NCBI RefSeq assembly: GCF_006345805.1
Contig: NC_042998.1
Location: forward strand, 65,410,001 to 65,474,000
Length of the DNA: 64,000 bases
DNA from: Octopus sinensis
Taxonomy: Eukaryota
Reading direction: 5' to 3'
Every line of letters begins with the position of its first letter. The stretch's first letter is position 1. Position numbers and translations under genes: made by a program. Positions 1-12,276 of the stretch are shown here, piece after piece. The notes beneath the pieces are model-generated. The model was not told where the DNA came from. It saw nothing but the letters and a program-made list of their open reading frames with translations, and did no database searches.

Positions 1-147
1 AATTGCACGGAAGCACACTGTTCATTCGTTTCGGCGACAAGTAAATCGACGAACAATGACGCATCACATGGCAGTACAACACCAATGAAGGCCACCGGTC
101 TGCAGATTGTGGATCGCATCAAGTGGTTTCTAACACAGGAATCCTGA
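1..147 (+). CDS. possible 3' end of a coding exon, unassigned; strand not resolved
   Basis: High-complexity stretch, less AT-rich than its flanks. + frame 1 is open 1-144 (NCTEAH...LQIVDRIKWFLTQES*). A minus frame is also open from about 182 to 1. No recognisable motif. Confidence 0.2.
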   Translation, partial: NCTEAHCSFVSATSKSTNNDASHGSTTPMKATGLQIVDRIKWFLTQES

Positions 148-230
148 ACTACAACGGGTTCGCCCCATGCAGAAGGTTTGCATTAAACGTTGGCTACCCC
201 CTCGTTTGTGTGTGAGCAGGCATCTATGTA

Positions 231-267
<37 letters not shown>

Positions 268-995
268 CATATAGATATATATATATATATATATAGATAT
301 AATATATATAGACTTCAATGTATATATCTACACCTATACATTTATACGCACGTACATTTATATCTGTCTATGTATCTGTGTGTGTGTGTGCGTGTGTGTG
401 TGCATACATACGTGTATATATATATATATATATATATGATGAAACATATCATGGCAAAAAATAAAATGCCTCGAGAAACATGGATACAAATGAATAAAAT
501 GCCACGTAGAATTGTATAATCTACAAAAATTATAACCCAAAGTGAACGATCTCAAGAAGGAAAGCTGCAATTTCCTATAAATCAAAAGGTAAATTTACCA
601 AAAATACAGTTAAGCGGAGTAAAATAAATAAAAATTTACTGGATGTTCGGTATTTTACACAGAATTTAGAACAAAGAATACTGTATAAAAGTTATATAAC
701 ACTTTCCCCATACTTCCTAGCCTGTGCGATTAAATAGACGTATCATGTTGAAGTATATTTGCTATGCAACCGCTATCATTTTAAGGAAGCAACAATGATT
801 GTCCAAGCATGCAAGTGATCATAACAACGTAATACAATAGAACTGGGAAATCAGTCCTGAGGAAACACATACAAAAAATATAATCCCGATCATAAATGTT
901 TTTTTGTTATATATTGACGGGAATAATCTTAGTGATATAAATTACAAGAATGTGTGAAAGTATGTATGAGAAAGAAAATCGGAATTCTATAGAAA

Positions 996-1036
<41 letters not shown>

Positions 1037-1287
1037 AATACGTAGAAACTGCAGGATAACAAATTCATTGAAGCGTGGATCACAGGATATTTACGACTTA
1101 CAATATTCAGCTTAGGGTGTGAGAATTAAATAATAATAAGCGCAATCGCAAAGGGAACTGTATAGAACTCGTTGTGATATGGCATGTGATCTGTACATAC
1201 ATGTTTATCATCTATCTATTTTCTATCTTTTTGTCTATCTACTCATCCATCAAAATTTCCATCTATATTTATGAATGCCCCACTCTC

Positions 1288-1383
<96 letters not shown>

Positions 1384-1830
1384 GTTTTAGAAACACCCCC
1401 AACTCAATCAACATTGAAAGATATTATACCCGACGAGCCGTCAAATATTAACTATGAAATTTACTATATCAATTCAGAATCCCATATTTTCCATTTTAAA
1501 GACAACACGTGTTTAATGACAGTATGTTTGTATTTTTGAGATATAAGGTCTCTAGTTTCAATACTTAGTTAGATCGACGTACTCCCAATCTTCAGGTCTG
1601 GATCCCACACCTTTATTACTCTATCTACATTGTATATCGCTCTGAAGATTGAAATTATTTGACAGAAAATCGTTAACAAAATTTTACTTTACAAATTAGT
1701 GAATAAAAATAAAAATAAAATAATGAATAAACCTTAAAAACTTAAGAAATAAAAATCTGACTGAGATTAACTAGAATCTGACTGTGGCTAACTAGTAGTA
1801 ACATACTCTCTTCACTATATATATATATAG

Positions 1831-1860
<30 letters not shown>

Positions 1861-1861
<1 letters not shown>

Positions 1862-2103
1862 CTCTTTTACTCTTTTACTTGTTAAGGTCGTTTGACTGCG
1901 GCCAGCTGGAGCACTGCCTTTAGTCGAGCAAATCGACCCCGGGAGGATTATTCTTTGTAAGCCCAGTTAACTTATTCTGTCGAGGTATATTTTTGCCGAC
2001 CACTAAGTTCCGGGGACGTAAACACACCACTCGGTCGTCAGCAATGCCAGGGAATATATACGATATATAAACATATAATATATATATATATAGCTTATAT
2101 AGT

Positions 2104-2148
<45 letters not shown>

Positions 2149-2231
2149 AGATATATTGCCCAAGATGCCATATAGATATATAATATATTATTATATAGCA
2201 AGCTACTTACCACACAACCATTCCTGCGCCT
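1861..2231 (-). mobile_element. tRNA-derived SINE, family 1, interrupted by (TA)n
   Basis: Tail (actctttt)n plus gactgcggccagctggagcac at the left and head ...gctacttaccacacaaccattcctgcgcc at the right; matches the copies at 34887, 42181, 48595 and 53547. Confidence 0.8.
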
Positions 2232-2242
2232 ATATATATATG

Positions 2243-2274
<32 letters not shown>

Positions 2275-2310
2275 ATATATATAGATTATTACCATATAAA
2301 TATATATATG

Positions 2311-2351
<41 letters not shown>

Positions 2352-2352
<1 letters not shown>

Positions 2353-2687
2353 CGAAGGCGCATGGCTCAGTGGTTAGAGCGTCGAGCTTATGATCGTGAG
2401 GTTGTGAGCTCGGATCCCGGACCGGGCTGGGTGTTGTGTTCTTGAGCAAGGCATTTTATTTCACGTTGCTCCAGTTCACTCAGCTGTAGAAATGAGTTGC
2501 GACGTCACTGGTGCCAAGCTGTATCGACCATTATCTTTCCCTTGGATAACACTGGTGGCGTGGAGAGGGGAGGCTGGTATGCATGGGCGACTGCTGGTCT
2601 TCCATAAACAACCGTGCCCGGACTTGTGTCTAGGAGGGTAACTTTCTAGGTGCATTCCCATGGTCATTCATGACCGAAGGGGGTCTT
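2352..2687 (+). mobile_element. tRNA-derived SINE, family 2
   Basis: A-box TGGCTCAGTGG and B-box-like GAGCTCGGATCC, followed by a gtgttgtgttcttgagcaaggcatt body; flanked by TA/TG repeats. Confidence 0.75.
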
Positions 2688-2728
2688 CATATGTGTGTGT
2701 GTGTGTGTGTGTATGTGTGTGTGTGTGT

Positions 2729-3565
2729 ATAAAAAATACAAACTGGGACAAGAACGCGAAATATTTTGATGACGACACAAAAAACTCGGACGGGACATTC
2801 GAAGCCTTCAATCTTCAGTCAAGAACCGGATCATCCTCGTAATTTCGGTTGATTAATCTTGAGATTGTTCAAATCTGGCCAGCCCCAAGGAAAAACTAAG
2901 CTAAGCGCTTTAGATTCCTCAGAAGAAAGCTTCGAATGTATACAAAACAAGGACAGAAAAACGGACCATGTTACACGAATATGAATACAAAAATAATAAG
3001 TAAAACAACAATAATAATACGTAAAAACAATAATGATAATATTAATAACAATAACAGGACATCACGAACAGGCGTCCTTCGACTAGAACGAATTAAGCTT
3101 AGCTGGCAGCTTAGGAATGTGCCGTGGGACAGAAAAAAATGTCGGTGTTACCACGACTGCTGCTAGACTCAAAAGGCCAGCAGTCGGTCAGTCAGTCACG
3201 TGTAAAGAAAAGACAGAGGAAAAAGGTGACAGAGGAATCAAGCAGGAGGACAAGTGAGAGAAAAAGGGGAACAAGAAATTAAGGAGGAGGAAAAGAGAGA
3301 GCGAGAAAAAGGGACAGAGACAAAGTGAAGTGCAAAGAAAGGCAAATGAATGTAGGAGAGGGGGAGAGAGACAGTGTTGAGTTGCACCGAGTTTAGAGAA
3401 ATGTGTAATAACATATAAGAGAGAGCGTACGTACGCCGCTATATATATATATATGTATAAAAAATACAAACTGGGACAAGAACGCGAAATATTTTGATGA
3501 CGACACAAAAAACACGGACGGGACGTTCGAAGCCTTAAATCTTCAGTCAAGAACCGGATCATCAT
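2729..3565 (-). mobile_element. unclassified non-autonomous element (family A) with a directly repeated ~105-bp terminus (pLTR-like)
   Basis: 2731-2836 recurs at 3462-3563; homologous copies at 7680-8213, 26385-26640 and 32218-32880. Confidence 0.7.
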
Positions 3566-3961
3566 ACATCTATATGTATATATATATATATATAATATTA
3601 TGGACTAATGGGTCTAATTTGGGTGTTCCGCAGTGTTGAGATAATAACAGTAAATTCTTAAGTATTAATCTTTATTTTATGCAACAGTAGATTCGACCCA
3701 TCCTGCTAATCTCCCTTATAAATTTGACTCCGTTCAACGTGCTACAACCATTTTGCAGTCTGGATCTCAGCGGGTATATCCATATATATAAAGTTGTGTC
3801 TCGCTTAAGATCCTCAGTTTTTGCTGTTATGTTTATATGCTCGTCTGGTTAAGGAAACATTGGCATAATTTTAATTACCATCATATTTTGTATAAGAATT
3901 GAAAAATAAAGAACAGTACCAAATCCATCTTTTCATTACTTAAAACATTCGTATTGTCATT

Positions 3962-4175
<214 letters not shown>

Positions 4176-5148
4176 TAGTTGTTATAGTAGAATACATATC
4201 AATAGTTATTTTCACTATGGGATCAAGGCCTAAGCGTATCAGATACGAACAATTGTTTTTTTCTTAATGTATGGGGAATTTGTGTTATTTACTCGATTAA
4301 CTGTATTACGCTAAGTTTTGCAAATGCCGTACATGTCTATTCTTGCTGTGTTTTGTTTCCTTGGCTTTCACTGAGACTTGGGATGTTGCATATATATGTT
4401 ACGTATATATATTTATATGTTCCCTGGAGATTACAATAATCTGTGTTGCCTTTTGGTATACGTCGTCGTGGATTTATATGCTTCCTTATTCCATATGTGT
4501 AACTATGTATATGTGTATTTCGGCACTGTGGCGATTCCTGAAATATGATCCTTTTTAAAAAAAGGGTCGTCAACTTTACTGTTTAAATCGGTTACTGATT
4601 TGCAACAATCAAAATAGCTTCGATGTGGATCTTCGCTTTCCCGTTTAGTATACGTTACTACTCTATCACTTCTTGACATTATTTTTCTTCGGTTATGTGC
4701 GAGTGTTCTTTGATATTAACGTTTAGAAGTGAAAGGCAATTAGCGAATTTGTTTTAGTAACTGTTGGTGTTGGCCATGTTTTCGAAGTTGAAGTCGATAG
4801 CTGAAAGTGTATAAAACTTAACCTGTGTCAACTCTTTAGGAGAGTGAGATTAAACAGACGTGTTATTAAGGAAAATATAAAAAATGGGTGTAAAAATGTA
4901 TAATGATCAAAAACTTGACTGAACTATATTAACTATGGCGTTTTATATTAAATATATAACTATATTTGATATAGCTATATTAAACACAAGGTAAATCATC
5001 GCCTCTCCTGCATCATGCATGAAAGAAATAATTTTACTGCAGTACGTAATATATCCCTGATACAAACCCTTTTTGCTATCATCTAATTAATTGGATTTAT
5101 GGTTTATGAGATTAATCATATTGGATTCACAACTGAATTCGAACGTAT

Positions 5149-6307
5149 TGTTACGAACCTACCGTCGCTCAAACTCTTCGGAAACCCGGGACCCTACCAA
5201 GTCGAGCGACGACAATTGACCGGCTCGATTGAACGGGATATTCGCCACGGAAGGAGAGAACTCGGTGGGGGAAGGTGGCAGCGAACTCCTCAACCGGCAA
5301 CTGGAGAGAACAACAACAACAGCAGCAGGAAGAGATACAGAGAGACACGGCGGAAGGCAATTGGCTTACATTTAACACCAGTTTATGACAATCATTACTA
5401 CATCAAATACAATGTAAAATACACCAGGTACATCAAAGAAAATAACATGCAACAAAATTAACAAGATCAAAGCATGCAGATACAATATACAGTTCAGAGG
5501 CAAATCAGTTCAATTCACGATACAGTTCAATGTTCAAATCCCATTATAGTCTTTCACTTTCTTTTTCTTTTACATTTCAACAACTCTTTTCCTTAATTCA
5601 CAATGTCTTTACAATTTCATTTCTTTTTCCTCTGTCCTTCTTTCTCTTTTTTTCACATCAATTCTCTTTTTTAGTTCAACAATTCTTTTCTTTAACACAA
5701 TTCAGTACTTTTTTTTAACAACTCTTTTTTAACACAATTTACATCAAAACATAAACAACACATACCGTTACATTTCTTCGTTTACAAACTCCCGCTACGA
5801 ACAGCCATGCCCTCTCGCCGTAATCCCTCTCTCTCGCTCCACATGTTCCCAATGCTTATCTGTCTGTCTTCCTCTACGCTGTCATCCTCTGGCTCATCTT
5901 AATCCTATCTGCCTGTCTTCCTCTTTCATATTCATTGTCTCCGGCAGAACCACCTGACACCAACTCGCTCTGTTCCCGACTGTCCAACCAAATCACAGCT
6001 CCCGCATTTTAAAGGGGTGGTTCCGCGACCCTTCTTTGACCGGAAAAGGGCAGAGGTCTCTTCGAAACTCGTTAATCTTTCTAGAAAATGGCAGAACAAA
6101 AGGCAATAACTTTATATCCCAGACTTTCAGACTACGAACCAGCAAAAGTAGGTCATATCACTCTTTATTTTCTTTTTCCGCACTGACCTCCATATCAGTA
6201 TGTTTGTCCACATGAACCTATACGCAATCTTTAAAACGTTGGAGGTATATATATTTGACAGATCATTCTCAATTCAGGTACATCATTTTTCATCACCAAC
6301 TGTAACA
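5149..6307 (-). mobile_element. solo-LTR-like element (~1.16 kb)
   Basis: Begins TGTTAC and ends GTAACA (6-bp inverted termini, TG...CA). Non-coding interior richer in GC than the flanks. No perfect 4-6 bp TSD seen. Confidence 0.5.
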
Positions 6308-7282
6308 CAACCGTATTATTAATCTGCACCAAGAAGATCCAAATTACCATAAAAATATAGACTGTGTTTCTGTACAACACAAAACGAAGGTAATGTGTTT
6401 GTGACGTAGGAAAAAAACTGACTACAATATTGAATGTTATTCATTACATTCGAACATTGGTTCACAAAGAGAATAAGTGAATAGTTGATTTAGATACATA
6501 CACTCAGATATACAATTAATTTGAATTATATTTACATATATTGATCTCTAAGATAGATACAATAAATTTATATTTAAATGTATTTAAATCACACTAATCT
6601 ATGTTTTAATATATTGCAAAAGAAAATATAAAACTAGGAAGTGCACTTCTGTTTTCGTCTAATGCTGTTAGACTAAAATATACATGCCATTATTTGATGG
6701 CATGCGTTTGTATACAGTACGCACACATAAAATTAAAAAAAAGATTGATGTGGTAATTGATTTAAAGAATATCTAGAACGAATACTAGTCATATTATTTT
6801 ATAAAGTTATACATATGTCAGGTAAATGTAAATACATGAACTTATTCATTTTACGTAGAGCGCAGATACCTGGCACCTATGTCTGTATACCTAATGGCAA
6901 TGATAAAAATAACTGAGAGTAATTAAATTTTCCATTCTCTTTATCACTCGTTTGTCTTTCTTTCCCATACGCGTGTCTACAAACATACACTTATACATAA
7001 TTACACACACATATACACACGCTCACATATATACGTGGTTGTGAAAGTTTGTGTACACAAACATAAATATATTGACTGGTTTGTCTTATTTGCCACAGAG
7101 GTAGCAACTCCTCAGACACAAGAAAAACGCGCGTTGGAAGGGAAGGAATCGTAAATGAAAAATGGCTGATGATAATAACCAACTTCAGACATAAATGCTT
7201 CTCATGCGAAGACCCAAACCTTTTGATGATCACATTTCATTGTTCATTATATATTAATATATATTTTTAGATATATATACAA

Positions 7283-7357
<75 letters not shown>

Positions 7358-7382
7358 TATATATATATGATTTTATTCAATT

Positions 7383-7513
7383 ACTATTTTACTTGTTTCA
7401 GTCGTTTCACTGCGGCCATACTGGAGCACCTCCTTTAGTGGAACAAATCGACCAAGTATTTATCATTTGTAAGATTGTACTTATTCTATCGGTTTCATTT
7501 GCCGAACCACTAA
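7383..7513 (-). mobile_element. SINE family 1, 3' fragment
   Basis: ttacttgtttcagtcgtttcactgcggccatactggagcacc...tttgccgaaccactaa. Confidence 0.7.
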
Positions 7514-7679
7514 ATTAAATAATTAAATCTCCTCCTCTGCTGTATCATGCATGAAAGAAATTGTGGGGGACGAACACAGATATATATATATATATATATA
7601 TGATATATATACATATATATATTTATATGTATATGCATGTGTGTGTTTGTTATTTGTATCTGTGTTCGTCCCCCACTAT

Positions 7680-8210
7680 TTCTTTCTTTCTCTCTCTTCT
7701 CCCCCCTTTGTTGCCTTCGTCCCTCTTTTTCTCTCTCTTTGATTCCCCTACCACCTTTCTTTTCTCTCTCTCTTCTCTCACGTGACCCCTGGTCAACCAG
7801 CCTTTCGACTTCTAACCAGCGCCATGAGAAGATCGTTGTCTTCGTCTGCCGAAAAAGGCATTTTTTTCTAAATACGCCAGCTAAACTAAGTTGCACTGTC
7901 TATTAGTCGTAAGACACCTGCTGTTTTTGTCCTGTTTTTACCATTATTGTTTTTGTATGTTATATTCGTGTGGCATCGTCCCTTTTTCTGTCCCTGTTTC
8001 GTATATATTCGATCATTTTTCCAAGAAATCTAATGCTCGTAGCTTAGTTTTTCCTTGGGGCTAGCCGGATCGGAGCGATCTCAATATTAATCAGCCGAAC
8101 GAAATTGCTAGGATGATCCGGTTCTTGACTGAAGATTGAAGGCTTCGAATGCCCTATTTTTTGTATCGTATTCTAAATGTTTTACGTTCTTCTCCCAGTT
8201 TGTATTTTTC

Positions 8211-8213
<3 letters not shown>
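7680..8213 (+). mobile_element. family A element
   Basis: ggatgatccggttcttgactgaagattgaaggcttcgaatg...cccagtttgtattttt, then (TA)n; reverse complement of the 2729-3440 copy. Confidence 0.75.
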
Positions 8214-8255
<42 letters not shown>

Positions 8256-8280
8256 ATATATAATATATATATATATATTT

Positions 8281-8645
8281 AAAGTTAATCCAAACAAGAA
8301 AGCAGAAAAAACACAACAACGAGAGGACGTGGAAAAAATATAGCATTATTGGCCGCTCAGGAAAGAAGGAAAGAAGGAGGGTTTAACATTTCGAGCGGAG
8401 CCCTCCGTCGGAAACATATGAGAAGGAAAGATCCAGAGAAGGGAAGACAGAGGAAAAGAAATCGCCAACGGTACACACGCGATCATATATACATGTATAT
8501 ACATACGGATGTGTGTGGTTGTATCTGCCGAACAAAAAGATCCAGAGAAGGGAAGACAGAGGAAACAAAATCGCCAACGGTACACACGCGGTCATATATA
8601 CATGTATATACATACGGATGTGTGTGGTTGTATCTGCCGAACTGA
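8281..8645 (-). mobile_element. short (TA)n-embedded element (family B) with a hammerhead-like motif and an internal ~110-bp tandem duplication
   Basis: gatccagagaagggaagacagagg...gtatctgccgaac occurs at about 8430-8532 and 8539-8642; related to 44410-44600. Confidence 0.65.
8381..8415 (-). ncRNA. minimal type-I hammerhead-like motif (variant core)
   Basis: Minus strand: GTTT-CCGACGG-A-GGGC(TCC)GCTC-GAAA-T-GTT-AAAC. Helix I GTTT/AAAC, 4-bp helix II, GUU triplet; core deviates at positions 4 and 9. Confidence 0.45.
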
Positions 8646-9687
8646 AACATAATGGAAGCAACGAATATCTTTAACATAGTTTAGTGCGAGTTAGCTGTTG
8701 CCCGTGCTTGCTTCTCAGTGTATGCTACTATCACGAAATGATTTCCAATATAGATAAGGATCGAATTAAGTGTTTGATAGGTTTAAGCAGGAATAAGATA
8801 TGTCTGAATAAAATTTTAATTTTGCACACCTAACGTATCACTGAAAAGATGCCATTCCTCTTAAAACATAGTCATATATTTACGCACGTATAAAAGAAAA
8901 ATATATAAAATATATTTTTTCTTTACTTTTAATCCAACAAATATATGCAAAATAGAAAAGAACTGAAAAACAAATCTGATTAAGTGCAGCTTTAATTTCT
9001 TCAAATATCTGCATAGTTCTGTAACCAGTAGATACATAATGAAAAGTGAAATTGTGTATAACAGTAACGGCGTGATTTCTTGGCATTTTTAATGAGATAC
9101 ATTAGTAATATATTAGCATAATTCTCTCACATTTAGAGTGTTCAGTTAGCAGTAGAACACTTACGTACATATCGTGAAAAATATATAAATCTTCGCAATT
9201 AGAGATACGCATATTACATCCGCAACAAAATTAAGTCAACGAGTGTGCAGTATATAACAAAATGCATCGTCAGAACAGGAATACAAACGCAGTACATAAG
9301 CAAAAGGAAATTTACTTATGCAATGAAAGGAGCACTGCAGTAACAATTCTGACAATGTGAGAGATAAATACGTTAAACTTAGGAGTAACGATCATATAAA
9401 TAGCGCACAGTCTTAGCATTTCTATCAAACCTATAAATAACATACTAACATGATTATATCACATTTTTTCTGATAAAATAATACAATAATACATAAAAAA
9501 GATGTCGTATATGAATGCCTAGTTAGGTTAGGATCAGAAATGTATACACATAACTTTATCTGGCCCTATCTCTATCCATTACTCTGCCCCCTCTCCACAC
9601 ACACACATGGATGTATGAAACAATGACACATGAAATCTTGAAAACTATATAGTTGTATATACATACATACATACATACATACATACA

Positions 9688-9721
<34 letters not shown>

Positions 9722-10082
9722 CATATATATATATGTATACCTTACTTCTTTTATGAGCTTTTATTGTTAAATAATTGACTCCTTTAAAGTATATATCTTT
9801 TCGTGGAGAACATTTTGACAGTAGGAAATTAAATTTTCCTTCGTTCTTTTTGGATGGTGGAGTGTATTTATGGACATTAAGAAATTAAGGAATAGGAGAA
9901 ATATCGAGTAATATTTATTTATGACCAGAGCTGTCGACTCAGTGTCTTCTCTATTCTCAATAAATATAGTATTCTAGCCTTAGAACTTTTGTTGGTGATA
10001 AAAAAGGAATTACAAATGAATTATAATCATATGTCCCTTGCTATGTTCCGTACCACTCCAAAATTGTAGTTCTTCCCTTAGA

Positions 10083-10232
10083 TTATTCTTCCTGTAATAG
10101 TTCTTTTCTACTCTAAGCACATGGCCTGAAATTTTCGGGGATGCGTTCATTCGATTAGATCGACCTCAGTACGCAACTGGTACTTAATTTATTGACCCTG
10201 AAAGGATGAAAGATTCTGCCAGCTCGCCTCCT
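10083..10232 (-). mobile_element. SINE family 3 (Nin/Deu-like central domain), internally deleted
   Basis: Minus strand: gaggcgagctggcagaatc joined to tttcatcctttcagggtcaataaattaagtaccag, followed by tail Y. Confidence 0.65.
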
Positions 10233-10533
10233 TATAGTGGCTGTAATGGTGGCAGCATGAAAATATTTCTGCTTTTAGTTCTGACAAAATGTTTCAGAAA
10301 AATTATTTTAATATGTCCTCTCCGTTGAAATTCTATGTTTATTGCAACTGAAAATAGCACTGTATTTAAATTGCTATAATGCTTGCAACGTTCAGTTAAA
10401 TGGAGGCGCTTGAAACAGTCGTATTGTACTAATACTTGACATCCTGTTACTTATTTTGATTTTTATACGCACATACACACACACATACATACACACACAC
10501 ATACACACACACACACACACACATACACACACA

Positions 10534-10580
<47 letters not shown>

Positions 10581-10581
<1 letters not shown>

Positions 10582-12040
10582 TAGAGAGAGGGAGAAAAAA
10601 ACAGACAGACGGAGACAGAGAGAGAAATGAGAGAAGGAGAGTGAGACTTATGCAGATAATATAAATTAGACTCTTTAATTATATTTAATAAATATCAAAT
10701 ATAAAATATGTATATGTAAGAATGTATGCAAAACGAGATGGAGCAAAAGGTGGAAACATTCATAAGTGAGACTTCAAGGAGTATCAATGATAGGTTCAAA
10801 GAACACCTGGACAACTACATTGAAAAGAAACCAAACTCCATATTCTACCAGCATGCTGTAGACTGCCACAAGGGCTCTTTAAGGAGACTTAATTTAAACA
10901 TCCTATCCACATATGTATTTTATGTTTAAATATATAGATATTGATATTAATAGGTTCAACTTACTCAGAGTACAAGCAAGAGAGAAAATTAAAGGGGTAG
11001 AGGTGAGATGTTGTAAGTCGAAACAGCTGTTTCTGGGGAGCTTCATAATAATGTTGGGAGATCTGGTAGCTCACAATATGCTGTTGTATGGATGCAATTA
11101 GCATTGGATGAGAGAAGCCTCCGTCATCAGGGCAGAGAATATCTTATATTTCATTTCTTGAACTTCTCCCGATTACTTGCCTCAATATCCGCTCAAATTG
11201 ATCCTTCTTATACCCTTTCTTTACCTTGAGGAGTCGAAGTTTGAATCTTTTGCGCACTACTTTCTTCCAAAAGGAAAATCTCTGAATCTGACTTGTAACA
11301 TATAATATATATATATATATATTAGAGAGAGGGAGAAAAAAACAGACAGACGGAGACAGAGAGAGAAATGAGAGAAGGAGAGTGAGACTTATGCGGATAA
11401 TATAAATTAGACTCTTTAATTATATTTAATAAATATCAAATATAAAATATGTATATGTAAGAATGTATGCAAAACGAGATGGAGCAAAAGGTGGAAACAT
11501 TCATAAGTGAGACTTCAAGGAGTATCAATGATAGGTTCAAAGAACACCTGGACAACTACACACTGAAAAGAAACCAAACTCCATATTCTACCAGCATGCT
11601 GTAGACTGCCACAAGGGCTCTTTAAGGAGACTTAATTTAAACATCCTATCCACATATGTATTTTATGTTTAAATATATAGATATTGATATTAATAGGTTC
11701 AACTTACTCAGAGTACAAGCAAGAGAGAAAATTAAAGGGGTAGAGGTGAGATGTTGTAAGTCGAAACAGCTGTTTCTGGGGAGCTTCATAATAATGTTGG
11801 AGATCTGGTAGCTCACAATATGCTGTTGTATGGATGCAATTAGCATTGGATGAGAGAAGCCTCCGTCATCAGGGCAGAGAATATCTTATATTTCATTTCT
11901 TGAACTTCTCCCGATTACTTGCCTCAATATCCGCTCAAATTGATCCTTCTTATACCCTTCTTTACCTTGAGGAGTCGAAGTTTGAATCTTTTGCGCACTA
12001 CTTTCTTCCAAAAGGAAAATCTCTGAATCTGACTTGTAAC

Positions 12041-12042
<2 letters not shown>
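10581..12042. repeat. near-identical tandem duplication, 740-bp period, of a Penelope-like remnant
   Basis: ttagagagagggagaaaa starts at 10581 and again at 11321; only a few substitutions or indels distinguish the units. Confidence 0.9.
10700..10929 (+). pseudogene. GIY-YIG endonuclease remnant of a Penelope-like element (second copy about 11440-11660)
   Basis: ECMQ...TFISETSRSINDRFKEHLDNYIEKKPNSIFYQHAVDCH matches the PLE pattern CxxC..YIGETxRxLxxRxxEH...S.x.xH...H; stop codons upstream. Confidence 0.7.
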
Positions 12043-12086
<44 letters not shown>

Positions 12087-12186
12087 CCGGAGTAAACACA
12101 TAATTGTGAAACGAGGTGGAAAAAAGAGTACTCAAATACCAGGGTAGAGTAATATGCTTTATTTAAAAGCAGCAGAAATTCAACAA

Positions 12187-12228
12187 AACCTGCTACTCGA
12201 GTTTCACGTTCCCGTTCGTCGGACAGTT
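12187..12228 (-). ncRNA. mirror copy of the hammerhead-like motif on the opposite strand
   Basis: Minus strand: CTGT-CCGACGA-ACG(GGAA)CGT-GAAA-C(TCGA)G-TA-GCAG, with a Watson-Crick helix II. Confidence 0.6.
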
Positions 12229-12234
12229 TTTGTT

Positions 12235-12276
12235 AACTGTCCGACGAATGGGAACGTGAAACTCGAGTAGCAGGTT
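12235..12276 (+). ncRNA. minimal type-I hammerhead-like ribozyme motif
   Basis: CTGT-CCGACGA-ATG(GGAA)CGT-GAAA-C(TCGA)G-TA-GCAG. Helix I CTGT/GCAG, palindromic helix III ACTCGAGT, GUA triplet with predicted cleavage after 12269; U4 replaced by C. Confidence 0.6.

Noticed and set aside
2352-2425. tRNA genes at SINE heads (also 22597, 30399, 48595)
   Set aside because: A/B boxes are present, but there is no full cloverleaf and each continues into a repeated SINE body.
2785-2825. Family A CTGAAGA...CGAA motif as an intact hammerhead
   Set aside because: Only two As follow G12, helix II is not closed and there is no helix I pairing in any of the copies; kept only as a possible relic.
4740-4815. 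Minus-strand terminal exon after ttttatacactttcag
   Set aside because: All frames stop within about 25 codons and none has a recognisable motif; it cannot be distinguished from chance.
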